Of a DNA stretch of 64,000 nucleotides, positions 1 through 9,336 are shown piece after piece. This DNA comes from Pseudomonas phage PhiPA3. Under the pieces are notes generated by a model, which was given only the letters and a program-made list of their open reading frames with translations, was not told the origin of the DNA and did no database searches. Location of the stretch: the sequence record HQ630627.1; one strand, given 5' to 3'. The number at the start of each line of letters is the position of its first letter. Position 1 is the stretch's first letter. Both the position numbers and the translations under genes were made by a program.

Positions 1-2191
1 GGCTGCTGCTGAAGTTGAAGAAGGCGCTACCGACATTAATGGCAATGGCATCACGGAAGATCAAGCCGAATCCAATTCCAACGCAGAGGCCCTGACAGCA
101 GAAGCTGAAGCCGAAGCGGTACAGGCCGAGGAGACCCCGGTCGAAGTCGAAGGTGCTGATGATGCAGAAAGCGGCAACACTGAAGCCGAGGCCAGTGGAG
201 ATGACGACGCCCCTACAACTGACGAAAATACAGATAGTGGGAGCGATGATCTCAGCGGTGATACTGATGTTGACCTTGGTGGGTCTGGCGACAATGTTGC
301 CGCTACTGATGATACCGGTATTACTGAAACGGGGCCCGAAACTGAAGTGGGGGAACTGGGTGCAGGTGAAGGTGAATCCGACGACACTGATGTAGTCGAA
401 GAAGCCGAAACAGAGCTAGAGAGCAACGATGAGTCTGATCTCTCTGAAGAAATCCCCGCTACCGACAGTGAACCTGTGGTAGAAGAAGTCGTAGAAGAAA
501 ATGCTCCGACTGAAACCGAAGCACTCGTCAATAACGAGGGGGAAACCGAAGAAGAGGTAAATATTCCTCCAGAAGCCGAAGAGATTCCGGCTGAGGAACT
601 CCCCGAGGGTGGTGATGTTGTTGAGACACCTGAAGAAATTGAGGAAGCTGCTGAAACAGCTGAAGATGTTTCTGATGATGTCGAAGAAGTTGAAGCTGCC
701 AAAGCCGAAGCTGAAACCAATGCCCCCACCGAGATCGTTGATGAAATCGCTGAAGCGGCTGAGACAGTAGAAGAAGAGACTGGCGTTGACCCGCTGGATA
801 CTCAAGCTTCTTTCGACGCAGTCGACGAAGCTGCTGCTGCTGAAAACAAAGATGAACCGGTCGTCGAGGAAGTCGAAGAACCGGCCATCGACGTAGAGGC
901 TGGTGAAATCGAAGAGACTGATGAAGAAGCAGATCTCGATGAAGGCGAACTGGACATTCCAGACGTTGACACTGACACCACCGAAGAAGACGTGGCTGAG
1001 GCAGAAGCGGAAGCTGATGACATCGAACTGGAAGCAGATGAAGACGAGGCAAAAGCTATTGATGCGTCTCGCACTATTGCTGATCTGCAAAAGGAACAAA
1101 CTACGGTAGAAGAGTTCATCGAGCTTCTGAAGTTCGGTCTGGAAAGCGAGCAGTTCTCTATCCAAACTGTGATCCTTGCTCAAGATAAGCTTGACAAACT
1201 ACATGACGCCTTCGGTAAATATTCTCCGGGTATTCCTTCCATGGAAGACTATGGTAAGGATGATCTGGATAAGTATTACATGACGTCTCTGGAAAGCTTC
1301 CGAGGTTTCATCTCCAAGATCAATAACCTGCAACGGTCACTGCATGAGAAGGTTGAGCGTTGGTGGCATGGCGGCATCGTCACTAAAATCGATGCCCGTT
1401 CTAAAGCCATCAACAAAGATATCGACCTGGTTCTAACCAAACTCTCGGGTGCGTCTATCCAGGGTAAGGTATCGCTCAGCGGTTTGAACTCTGACCTGGC
1501 CACCCGTGACGGTGATCTGGTTAAAGCTGTCGCTGGCGATCTGCGTGTTATTTCGGAGATTGCTATCAAGGGTCTGAAAGACTCCGAACGGCTGCAAGCC
1601 AATATCATCGATATCCTGAACAAGACCGTTACTGAGGGTGGTGGTGATAAAACTACTAATCTGCTGCAACGTGCTCTGGCTATCAAACCTGCTCAGTTCC
1701 TGCCGATCGCATTCACGGCTGGTTCCATGTTGGGGGGCTGGGTTCTGGAATCGCGTGGGGTTATTGAAGGTGATTCCACAGGCAAGAAACTGCGTTCACT
1801 GGGTGATGTTGGTGTACCGGCCGTCAAGCGTACCAAAGTAGCTGACAAGGTTACTAAAGTAGAGCTTAGCAAAGCTGAACTGGCGCGCCTGCTGACTCTG
1901 GCTAAAGCATACGCTGCACTAGCTCAGAAACTGGCAGCCAGCGCTGGTATGAAGGCGGTTGATAGCTTTACCGAGAACCGCATCGTTCGTAACCGTGCAT
2001 TGGATACTGGCGCGCACGGTGGTGACGTAGTTACTCGTGCTTCGACTTGGAGTGACATCGGTGATATCGACGAACTTGCTGGAGCTCTGCTGAAGGTTTG
2101 TGCGTCGCACATTGAGGTCTACAAGTTCATTACGCAGCACTCTCTTGACGTAGCCTCCGGCATTGTCAAGCTGGCTCGTAAGGCCCTGTAA
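1..2191 (+). CDS. 5'-truncated hyper-acidic protein (Glu/Asp/Ala/Thr-rich ~1 kb low-complexity N-part followed by an ordered ~380-aa C-terminal domain); possibly a head/inner-body protein with an acidic propeptide
   Basis: The frame of annotated ORF 347..2191 is open, with no stop, from position 2 to the window edge, so the gene starts upstream of the window. Its composition is extremely acidic, with many S/A/G-x-E sites. The stop TAA 2189-2191 is followed by a hairpin. Confidence 0.55.
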   Translation, partial: AAAEVEEGATDINGNGITEDQAESNSNAEALTAEAEAEAVQAEETPVEVEGADDAESGNTEAEASGDDDAPTTDENTDSGSDDLSGDTDVDLGGSGDNVAATDDTGITETGPETEVGELGAGEGESDDTDVVEEAETELESNDESDLSEEIPATDSEPVVEEVVEENAPTETEALVNNEGETEEEVNIPPEAEEIPAEELPEGGDVVETPEEIEEAAETAEDVSDDVEEVEAAKAEAETNAPTEIVDEIAEAAETVEEETGVDPLDTQASFDAVDEAAAAENKDEPVVEEVEEPAIDVEAGEIEETDEEADLDEGELDIPDVDTDTTEEDVAEAEAEADDIELEADEDEAKAIDASRTIADLQKEQTTVEEFIELLKFGLESEQFSIQTVILAQDKLDKLHDAFGKYSPGIPSMEDYGKDDLDKYYMTSLESFRGFISKINNLQRSLHEKVERWWHGGIVTKIDARSKAINKDIDLVLTKLSGASIQGKVSLSGLNSDLATRDGDLVKAVAGDLRVISEIAIKGLKDSERLQANIIDILNKTVTEGGGDKTTNLLQRALAIKPAQFLPIAFTAGSMLGGWVLESRGVIEGDSTGKKLRSLGDVGVPAVKRTKVADKVTKVELSKAELARLLTLAKAYAALAQKLAASAGMKAVDSFTENRIVRNRALDTGAHGGDVVTRASTWSDIGDIDELAGALLKVCASHIEVYKFITQHSLDVASGIVKLARKAL

Positions 2192-2202
2192 GACAACATA
2201 AT

Positions 2203-2225
2203 AGCCTCTCCGTAATGGAGAGGCT
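2203..2225 (+). terminator. hairpin agcctctcc-gtaat-ggagaggct followed by TTATGCCG
   Basis: A 9-bp GC-rich stem sits directly after the stop of the acidic protein gene. The same loop and core (tccgtaatggag) recur at 33791. Confidence 0.5.
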
Positions 2226-2267
2226 ATTATGCCGGATCTTATGATCTTAGAACTTGAGGTATATCTC

Positions 2268-3911
2268 ATGCCCTCAGCAACAGTCCCATTGCCGGACGTA
2301 TATGAAACAATTACCCGTAAGGTGGCTGTTGACGTCGTAAGGCAAGTCGCGCAGTACATGACCTTGCCGGAACAGACTGAAGTCTATTTACCGGGTCGCT
2401 CGGATACCGTTCCTATGAACGATGGCATGTTTGGTAATTGCTGTGATACAGCTAACGCCGTGCATTTCGATCCAGAGGAACGAGTTACTATTACTTACGA
2501 TGAAGTCGCTGAAGAGAACTTTACACTTTCTACAGCTGTAATGAACAACGAGAATTTCCCGGTGTTCTACGACGAAACTCGTGATGTTATTATGCGTCCA
2601 ATTCGTCGCTTCGTTGACTTTCGTATTGACTTTGAATATCAAGCTCCAAACGTAGTATTGGCTCAACGCTGGTTAGACGATCAACGCATTCGTTTAAGTT
2701 CGGGTGTGGGAGATCTGACGATGTCGTTGACCTACCATTACAACGTACCACCCGCTTTATTGGGATTGATGAAGGGTCTGTACGACACCATGCAGAACTC
2801 CTGCTGGCCGACAGAGTGGACCTTCCGCGAATGGATGGAAAAATATTGGGCCCAACCCCAAACCGAGATGACCACTTTGATCGGTACGCACCCCACTCTG
2901 ACCATTTATGAGCGTCAAGTGGATGTAGTGGGTCACTTTGACTTTATCAACTCTCCTGAGACTCCTCAGCAATCTAGTGATAAAGCTGGTGGCTACACAG
3001 TTAACTTCAGTTACATCTGTCGTTACGAGCGTCCAACGCATATTCGGGTTACTTACCCGATGATTATGCATCAATGTCCGATTCCGAAAGTCTTCCGTCC
3101 TAAACCGATTTATGAAAACTACCAGCAAGCTGATCGCAAGGTAACCAATCTACGGGGTTCACTGGAGAAAGCTCTGATTTTGATGCGCAGCCGCGGCGTG
3201 GATTACATCCAACATCCAGATACTGACGATTGGCATACCGATGATAAACCCATTCAACGCTTTACATTTTTTAATGGATTGCTTTGTTTGGATAAAGATG
3301 ATCCCACACAGCTACTGGATCTTTCTAAGCTAGGACGATTCACATTTACTGGTTGGTGGTTAGAGTTCTTCAAACAAGAAGGGGCACACGCAATCGCCGA
3401 TGGTTCGTTCTTTGAGTTTAGACTCTACCAGAACAACCAGAGAATTCGTGTACCTCTAACTATTGATCCGGGTACGTTGATTGTGCGTTCGACAATGCCT
3501 CTGGATCCACATCGGTATTATCACATACAGATCTCATTGGTGAAGAACCTCTACGCTATCAACGATAGATATTGGCGTTGTATTTCTCGTTACCCAACTT
3601 GCTGTTGGCAACTCTTCCATCTCTTTAACCTAGGGATTGGTAAGAGACCAATTGAGCAGATGGAACTTCTTGGTTTGTCTGGTCCTCGTCCTCCCGAAGG
3701 GGATTGTGGTGAGGAAGGTAAGACAGAATACGTGAAGGACATACCACATTTCCCACGCGGGATTGTGAAATGGGGCGATATCGCAGAGGCTCGTGATGAG
3801 CAGGATAAGAACATCATCGGTGGTCCTGGTGAATCGGGTTATGTAAACCAGAACACCTTTGGTCCAACTAATGTTCTATTTGCAAATATCATCTCTGAGC
3901 GTAAAAGTTAA
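2268..3911 (+). CDS. hypothetical protein (547 aa), probably virion-associated
   Basis: Long ORF. I chose the start at ATG 2268 (GAGG about 10 nt upstream), not ATG 2229, because 2229 lies inside the recurrent post-hairpin TTATGCCG element. Confidence 0.5.
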   Translation: MPSATVPLPDVYETITRKVAVDVVRQVAQYMTLPEQTEVYLPGRSDTVPMNDGMFGNCCDTANAVHFDPEERVTITYDEVAEENFTLSTAVMNNENFPVFYDETRDVIMRPIRRFVDFRIDFEYQAPNVVLAQRWLDDQRIRLSSGVGDLTMSLTYHYNVPPALLGLMKGLYDTMQNSCWPTEWTFREWMEKYWAQPQTEMTTLIGTHPTLTIYERQVDVVGHFDFINSPETPQQSSDKAGGYTVNFSYICRYERPTHIRVTYPMIMHQCPIPKVFRPKPIYENYQQADRKVTNLRGSLEKALILMRSRGVDYIQHPDTDDWHTDDKPIQRFTFFNGLLCLDKDDPTQLLDLSKLGRFTFTGWWLEFFKQEGAHAIADGSFFEFRLYQNNQRIRVPLTIDPGTLIVRSTMPLDPHRYYHIQISLVKNLYAINDRYWRCISRYPTCCWQLFHLFNLGIGKRPIEQMELLGLSGPRPPEGDCGEEGKTEYVKDIPHFPRGIVKWGDIAEARDEQDKNIIGGPGESGYVNQNTFGPTNVLFANIISERKS

Positions 3912-3929
3912 TAAGGAATAGGTGATTCA

Positions 3930-5348
3930 ATGTCACTCTTTGTTGAAGAGGAAGAACCACTTCCTAAGAACCCCGAAGTTGATCCGGTGGTACCTAAAGC
4001 CAGGCCAGATACTTTCCGTGGTATTGCGGTTGATACCAAGTTTATTCCACGCAGCTCTATGCTCAGGTGGATTAACGGTGCGAACTGGACCGGTACGTAC
4101 TTTGCACAGAAGCTTGACGAAACACAAGAGCCAACTCCATTGGCTCTACATCGTCAGCCTCCATACCAACAGTACATTCGAATCAACGGCATCAACATCA
4201 AGGTCAACCAGACGCTGGATATTTCCCAAGACGAGCGCATTCGCACATTCTCCGTTACGGCCACTGGTCACACCTATCCTGGTCTGACTGCTAACTACGG
4301 GGATATGTGGGTAGCCGATGTGGGAGATGGTCGGATTGGTTTATTCACTGTTACTTCTGCTCGTCGAGAAACATTCCTACGAGATTCAACTTACGCCATT
4401 GAACTGAAGATGGTCAGTTTCCTGACTCCACAACAAATGGAGGATTTGGAAAGGAAAACCATTCTAACGTATTACTGGTCGGCAAGTGCCCTAGGGGCCG
4501 GTTGTAATCCCTATGTAACTGAGCAGCAACAAGAAGACAGTAAGAACTTTGCCGCACTGCGTTCCGAAATCATTCGTCGATATATCACTGATTTCTACTC
4601 CAAGGAACACAGTACATTTCTGGTGCCCGATCAACTAGCTAAAACCTACGATCACTTTGTCACCAAGGCCATGCTAATGATGGTTGATACGCAGACTGAT
4701 GGTCGCATGCGTTTGGTGAAACTGTTGAACGTAATGTCGGAACCGGTGATGTCGCAACCTACTGTTTGGGATGCACTGGTGCGTCAGGATTCTGGTCGCT
4801 TCTGTGATAATACCGAACGTGCACATCTTGTGAATACGCGTATTTCCAGATGGCGTCCTGAATTACAGGCAATTGGTTTCTCGGGGATTGCTCGATTTGT
4901 ATTCCCAATTGATGCTCCGACAGATGTAGATTCGCAATACGACGGTGAAGACCGTGCACGACCAGAAGGTATTCCTTTCCATGAAGGACGTCCTCGTAGA
5001 CCTGAACCAGGTCCATGGCGTTCTCAGGAAGAACGTGATCTAGAATGGTTCAAACGTAAGCCACAACAATTGGTTGACGTAGCAACTGCCTGGAAGACAC
5101 CCTCCGACATTAAGCCTGTCGTAGTGGATGACTACTATGTATTCTCGCAATCATTCTACTACCAAACTCCAGTTACCCAATCTAAATTGGAACAGCTGGC
5201 TTGGCAGATGATCAACAATGAGCCTTTAAACGTTGACTCGCTTCGTGCAGTCACTAAATGTTGTTTGGGTTGGGATAACCTTGAAAGGTTCTATTACCAC
5301 CCGGTTTTGATTGCATTGCTGAAATACGCAGTGAGGATTGGTACATGA
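3930..5348 (+). CDS. hypothetical protein (472 aa)
   Basis: Long ORF with an AGGAATAGG ribosome-binding site and tight spacing to the next gene. Confidence 0.5.
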   Translation: MSLFVEEEEPLPKNPEVDPVVPKARPDTFRGIAVDTKFIPRSSMLRWINGANWTGTYFAQKLDETQEPTPLALHRQPPYQQYIRINGINIKVNQTLDISQDERIRTFSVTATGHTYPGLTANYGDMWVADVGDGRIGLFTVTSARRETFLRDSTYAIELKMVSFLTPQQMEDLERKTILTYYWSASALGAGCNPYVTEQQQEDSKNFAALRSEIIRRYITDFYSKEHSTFLVPDQLAKTYDHFVTKAMLMMVDTQTDGRMRLVKLLNVMSEPVMSQPTVWDALVRQDSGRFCDNTERAHLVNTRISRWRPELQAIGFSGIARFVFPIDAPTDVDSQYDGEDRARPEGIPFHEGRPRRPEPGPWRSQEERDLEWFKRKPQQLVDVATAWKTPSDIKPVVVDDYYVFSQSFYYQTPVTQSKLEQLAWQMINNEPLNVDSLRAVTKCCLGWDNLERFYYHPVLIALLKYAVRIGT

Positions 5349-5932
5349 ATATCAAGCTCTGTGATCGCCGAACTGCTGCATGGCGTCTATTTCATCTACA
5401 GTTTCCTGCCGTGGCTCCGTACATGGCAGGATTCTCAGCTGAGTACCTGCGTGACAACGCTATCAACGGTACGGGTGATAAATATGTAGACCGAGATAGG
5501 CAGAACGAACTCGTTCGTACAAGCCTAACAGCCGCGGCTATGGCCATGTTGATGGGTCAAGGTTACACCATTGGTTTGTTGAATTTCCAGGATTGCGTAC
5601 AAATTTACCATGACATCCAGCAGCACTTCGCTGACTGGCGTGATCAATGTGTATTTGGTGCGCATCCCAGTGGATTCCCGCCGATTGAAGACCTCCGTCT
5701 ATTTGAAGATCTGGCTTTAGAGGTCCATGGCCTGGCCAAAAAACTCGAACCAGCAGGGCGTAATTCCAGTCATGTCTTCGATAGCCTTTTGATGATGGCT
5801 CGCAAACGAAACCTCACTGCAACCAACCGATACTTCGATGGACTCCAAAAGAACGATGGGCAACTCAAGCCATACGTTTCTATAGTGGACGATATTGAAC
5901 GGTACGTAGTGGAGTCGCAAGATGTCCGTTGA
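5345..5932 (+). CDS. hypothetical protein (195 aa)
   Basis: ORF with an ATGA stop/start overlap with the upstream gene. Confidence 0.5.
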   Translation: MNIKLCDRRTAAWRLFHLQFPAVAPYMAGFSAEYLRDNAINGTGDKYVDRDRQNELVRTSLTAAAMAMLMGQGYTIGLLNFQDCVQIYHDIQQHFADWRDQCVFGAHPSGFPPIEDLRLFEDLALEVHGLAKKLEPAGRNSSHVFDSLLMMARKRNLTATNRYFDGLQKNDGQLKPYVSIVDDIERYVVESQDVR

Positions 5933-7307
5933 TAAAACGCTACTCATGCGTGAAGTGAATAATGTTATTCAGTCTGGTGATGGACATTACAACTTCCGCA
6001 TGGAGATAAAGATCCTTGCTAATAAGAAATGGATCACTCCAGTTCGGTTGGATCATTATCGCCTAGTGCGTGACTATTCATCTGGACAAGTGGGTGATGA
6101 TCGTACAGTAGAGTTCCTGATGAACTACGGGGACTTTGCCTACGACATCCTACCTTATCGTGATAACCTCATTGTGGAGTACACTGAAGTTCCGTTACGG
6201 GAAGTAAATTCTGCGCGGGACTGGGACAAGCGTTCGACTACGAAACGCTATCGGGGTATCCTCAACATGAGTGGTCAATCAAACCCTGCGTTATCTTCTA
6301 AGAACTCATTGCTGCAATCACGTGAAGCATTGAATCAGATCTCGATGATCCCCATTCAGATGCAGCTCGTAGATGAATTGACTTACCGTGTTATGATGGC
6401 GTCGTATGGCAACACATTTGTGAACATGACGACTAAAGACATGGTAATCGCATCACATCACGAGGTCTTTGCGGCATTGGGTGGCACGGATGATCAACGT
6501 TTATTGGGTTGGGATATTGCCGATGGCTGGAATCCAGATGTTCATTACCAGATCGGTTTGCCAGATGGTATCCGCTTAGCTGATATCCCTCGATTTCTAC
6601 AGAACGATGAAGGTGGAATTTACCCCACTGGGATGGGTCGATATATTCAGAATCAGATCTTCTACATGTATCCGTTGTTTGATACAACTAGATTCAATAA
6701 GAAGACTAGGGTTCTGAACCTGATCAATATTCCCAGTGACCGTTACGAAGGCGCTGAGAAGACGTATAAGAGCACTGACCGACATGTGACGGTGATAGCC
6801 ACCGGTAATGCATCTTCGCTCGATGACGGGCTTGCTACGGTCTTACAACAGGGTAATGGTGTTCGCTTTGGTAATGCTAACAACCTGTTGACAGATCAAG
6901 CTGTCACCAAAGACAACAAGATGTTAATGGACCGGGCATCTAACTTGTATGAAGTCAATATTGGAAATCTCCAAACTGGCTTTAACAACACCCGATGGGC
7001 AAATGAGCGGGTAACCGCCAACCCTTATAAACAGTATTCGATTATGGCACAACGCCAAGGCCAGCAATTGGATCTGGAATGGGTTAACGGTAATCCCGAT
7101 GAATTGTACCCTGGAATGCCAGTGAAGTTTTTTACCATATCTGGCGACACTGTAAAAATTTACCACGGTACCCTATTAGGTGTAGGTGAACAACGAACCG
7201 CTTCTGATGCGTCTCCAGTAGTCAATCGGCATGTCAGTAAGTGTCAGTTGTCCGTCTTTGTCAACCGGTTTGAAATCGTAGATGACACTATAAGCCCCAC
7301 CCCTTAA
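5922..7307 (+). CDS. hypothetical protein (461 aa)
   Basis: Long ORF overlapping the previous stop. Its stop codon lies in the loop of terminator hairpin 7295-7317. Confidence 0.5.
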   Translation: MSVDKTLLMREVNNVIQSGDGHYNFRMEIKILANKKWITPVRLDHYRLVRDYSSGQVGDDRTVEFLMNYGDFAYDILPYRDNLIVEYTEVPLREVNSARDWDKRSTTKRYRGILNMSGQSNPALSSKNSLLQSREALNQISMIPIQMQLVDELTYRVMMASYGNTFVNMTTKDMVIASHHEVFAALGGTDDQRLLGWDIADGWNPDVHYQIGLPDGIRLADIPRFLQNDEGGIYPTGMGRYIQNQIFYMYPLFDTTRFNKKTRVLNLINIPSDRYEGAEKTYKSTDRHVTVIATGNASSLDDGLATVLQQGNGVRFGNANNLLTDQAVTKDNKMLMDRASNLYEVNIGNLQTGFNNTRWANERVTANPYKQYSIMAQRQGQQLDLEWVNGNPDELYPGMPVKFFTISGDTVKIYHGTLLGVGEQRTASDASPVVNRHVSKCQLSVFVNRFEIVDDTISPTP

Positions 7308-7322
7308 GTGGGGTGGGTTTAT
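7294..7322 (+). terminator. hairpin ccccacccc-ttaa-gtggggtggg + TTTAT
   Basis: A 9-10 bp GC stem followed by a U-rich tract. Confidence 0.6.
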
Positions 7323-7336
7323 ACCAGGTGACCACA

Positions 7337-7768
7337 ATGACAAACATTTATATAGCAATCGACCCGGCGTGGTCCTATGGGTTCCTAAGCGCGATATCTA
7401 ATCACATTACGTTAGATTTTAGCACGCAGAGCCGTCTCTACGAGCACGCGATGGATTTCATTCGTCTACGCCATAACTTCAACTGGAATCATGACGCTAT
7501 TGCTTTTAATACTGGTTATAACAGTATCATGATGGCGTTGCAAGAATATCCAATTGCTACGTCGTTCTTTGAGGGCATGTATCGGCAACTCTTCAATAAT
7601 TACCATCTTGCATTAAATAGCTTGGGTGGAGAGATTGCAAAGATAACAACCATTACCGATAGTGAAGGGCTGATTACCGGCATCGTCTGTCAGGTAGTGG
7701 AAACAATTCCACATATTCAAAGTGTTTTTAACCCTATATCACAGATGGGAATTAACTCCACCTGTTGA
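7337..7768 (+). CDS. hypothetical protein (143 aa)
   Basis: I chose ATG 7337 (AGGTGA 8 nt upstream). The GTG at 7313 reported in the ORF track lies inside the terminator stem. Confidence 0.45.
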   Translation: MTNIYIAIDPAWSYGFLSAISNHITLDFSTQSRLYEHAMDFIRLRHNFNWNHDAIAFNTGYNSIMMALQEYPIATSFFEGMYRQLFNNYHLALNSLGGEIAKITTITDSEGLITGIVCQVVETIPHIQSVFNPISQMGINSTC

Positions 7769-7778
7769 GGTATAAGGG

Positions 7779-7919
7779 ATGCAAAAGGTACAGCAAACTG
7801 AAGAACTGCTTCCTCGTGAACAGAAGCCTCAGGTGCCCAAGAGCCTCATCGACTTACCGCACCTGGTTGTAATCTTCGTGGTGGCTCTTGCGGTCACTAT
7901 CTATCACAACGGCTTTTGA
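7779..7919 (+). CDS. 46-aa single-TM microprotein
   Basis: ATG with an AAGGG ribosome-binding site. It has a hydrophobic C-terminal segment LVVIFVVALAVTIY. It is below the ORF-track size cutoff. Confidence 0.35.
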   Translation: MQKVQQTEELLPREQKPQVPKSLIDLPHLVVIFVVALAVTIYHNGF

Positions 7920-7928
7920 GGTAGCAAT

Positions 7929-8099
7929 ATGTTCAACTTCTGGGATGATTCCAAAACCGAAGCAGAAAACGATCAGGCATCGAAGAAAGCTCGACATAAT
8001 AAGGATATCCTTCAGTTCCTGACCGCAGGCGTGGCGCTGGTGACAGGCGTTATTACCTGTGCTGTAGCGAGCAAAAAGTTGTTTGATGAAATGACTTAA
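7929..8099 (+). CDS. 56-aa single-TM microprotein
   Basis: GAGG ribosome-binding site and a hydrophobic segment FLTAGVALVTGVITCAVA. Confidence 0.35.
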   Translation: MFNFWDDSKTEAENDQASKKARHNKDILQFLTAGVALVTGVITCAVASKKLFDEMT

Positions 8100-8112
8100 T
8101 TTGGCGCTCAAT

Positions 8113-8145
8113 CTAATGAGTGGGTGATGTCCGCTCACTCATTAG
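8113..8145 (+). other. AT-rich 10-bp stem hairpin ctaatgagtg-N13-cactcattag (no U-run)
   Basis: A perfect inverted repeat lies between the microprotein genes and the macrodomain gene. Confidence 0.35.
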
Positions 8146-8167
8146 ACAAGTTTAAGGAGCCATTTAA

Positions 8168-8650
8168 ATGGCTGAATTCATAATCGGTAAGGATATCTTC
8201 CAGGAGCCCGGAGATCTTTACGTCATAACCGTCAACACCGTTGGCGTGATGGGTGCCGGCGTTGCCAAAGCCTTTAGAGAGCGTCACCCTGACCTCTTTC
8301 AAAGGTACAAACATGATTGCAAGATGAAGATCATCCAGATCGGTCATCCTGTCATCTACAAAGGAGATGACAATAAACATTACATGATGTTCCCCACTAA
8401 GGAACGATGGCAAGATCCGTCTCTACCTTCTTACATATCTGCTGGTTTACAGTGGATGGTCGACAATATCGACGAGAATGCAGACGATGATTTCATCGAT
8501 TCCAAGTGGAAGATCGTCATGCCACCCTTAGGGTGTGGACATGGAAAACTACACTTCCCAGATGTCAGGGCAATGATTGAAGAGTTCTCTCAACACATTC
8601 CTAATCAACTGGTTGTGGTCTATCCTCCCTGGATGGAGTCCGTTGAGTAA
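8168..8650 (+). CDS. macrodomain protein, TARG1/DarG-like ADP-ribosyl hydrolase family (160 aa)
   Basis: The motifs VNTVGVMGAGVAKAF and MPPLGCGHGKLHFPDVRAMIEEF match, from memory, the TARG1 motifs MGAGIA..F and MPRIGCGLDRL..V.AMIEE.F. It has an AGGAG ribosome-binding site and sits in the early region. Confidence 0.8.
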   Translation: MAEFIIGKDIFQEPGDLYVITVNTVGVMGAGVAKAFRERHPDLFQRYKHDCKMKIIQIGHPVIYKGDDNKHYMMFPTKERWQDPSLPSYISAGLQWMVDNIDENADDDFIDSKWKIVMPPLGCGHGKLHFPDVRAMIEEFSQHIPNQLVVVYPPWMESVE

Positions 8651-8662
8651 TGCAACATAATG

Positions 8663-8681
8663 CCCCACCTAACGGGTGGGG
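8663..8681 (+). terminator. hairpin ccccacc-taac-gggtgggg followed by ATTATGCCG
   Basis: GC stem after the stop of the macrodomain gene. Confidence 0.6.
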
Positions 8682-8732
8682 ATTATGCCGCTATTGGCTG
8701 AGCAGATTCGTATATTCAAAACATTTTAAACA

Positions 8733-8754
8733 CTATATTACAAATGTGATATTA
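8733..8754 (+). promoter_or_regulatory. early-promoter-like dyad motif CTATATTACAAATGTGATATTA
   Basis: One of four near-identical motifs. Each sits about 40 nt downstream of a terminator and 26-33 nt upstream of an ATG. It resembles the AT-rich TATATTAC-type early promoters of phiKZ-like phages, as I recall them. Confidence 0.45.
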
Positions 8755-8781
8755 GCCTAGTTAATCAACGGAGTAATCCCC

Positions 8782-8889
8782 ATGGGCATTGCTAAGTTCT
8801 GCTTTAAACTCGGTCTGGCAGTCGTGATCATTAACGCAGCCTGGTGGGCCGTTGATACCATCTTCGAAGAGGAAACCACAGATGTCTGA
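8782..8889 (+). CDS. 35-aa TM microprotein
   Basis: GGAG ribosome-binding site and the hydrophobic segment LGLAVVIINAAWWAV. Confidence 0.3.
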   Translation: MGIAKFCFKLGLAVVIINAAWWAVDTIFEEETTDV

Positions 8890-8986
8890 CTACATCAAGT
8901 TCAACCTGAAAGTAGTACTGGGCATAGTAGCCTGTTACTATGCTTTGAAAACCACCAACTTCATCGTAGAAGAAATCATCGGTTAA
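8882..8986 (+). CDS. 34-aa TM microprotein
   Basis: ATGTCTGA stop/start overlap with the upstream microprotein gene, and the hydrophobic segment VVLGIVACYYAL. Confidence 0.3.
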   Translation: MSDYIKFNLKVVLGIVACYYALKTTNFIVEEIIG

Positions 8987-8991
8987 GTGTC

Positions 8992-9321
8992 ATGAACTGG
9001 TACTTCAAATCAGTTCTGGCACTTACAGGGGTTATGACCGTTTTGGGTGCAGGCATAGGCCTTCTCGCCTGGCGACATATCTCTACGATCAACAAATTGT
9101 ATTCCCAAGGTTGGGAGTACCTCAACAAGATCCATGACCAACTTCTGAGTGATGGGTACTACCATCATTCGCACTGGCAACGCCGCAAGAGTCTCTTGTG
9201 GCAAGAAGCAGCAGCTGGAATCGAAGAGATTTTAGCTGCGTACCCCGCGAGCATAAAAGACCATGTTCGCGAACACCTACGCTACGATTCACGTCGGATC
9301 GTTAACTGTGATACTCACTGA
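8992..9321 (+). CDS. hypothetical membrane protein (109 aa)
   Basis: ORF with an N-terminal TM segment. Confidence 0.45.
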   Translation: MNWYFKSVLALTGVMTVLGAGIGLLAWRHISTINKLYSQGWEYLNKIHDQLLSDGYYHHSHWQRRKSLLWQEAAAGIEEILAAYPASIKDHVREHLRYDSRRIVNCDTH

Positions 9322-9336
9322 AAAGGAAACTGCACC

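Noticed and set aside
61-729. 222-aa Ser/Thr/Ala-rich minus-strand ORF, plus ORFs 416..1183, 528..1052 and 802..1119
   Set aside because: They are antisense mirror ORFs of the acidic GAA/GCT-repeat region. They have low complexity, no ribosome-binding site, and sit inside a clearly coding + strand gene.
2229-2267. ATG at 2229 as start of the 560-aa ORF
   Set aside because: This ATG is part of the recurrent post-hairpin TTATGCCG box and has no ribosome-binding site. ATG 2268, which has GAGG upstream, is preferred.
7313-7336. GTG start at 7313 for the 151-aa ORF
   Set aside because: It lies inside the stem of terminator 7295-7317. The downstream ATG 7337, which has AGGTGA upstream, is preferred.
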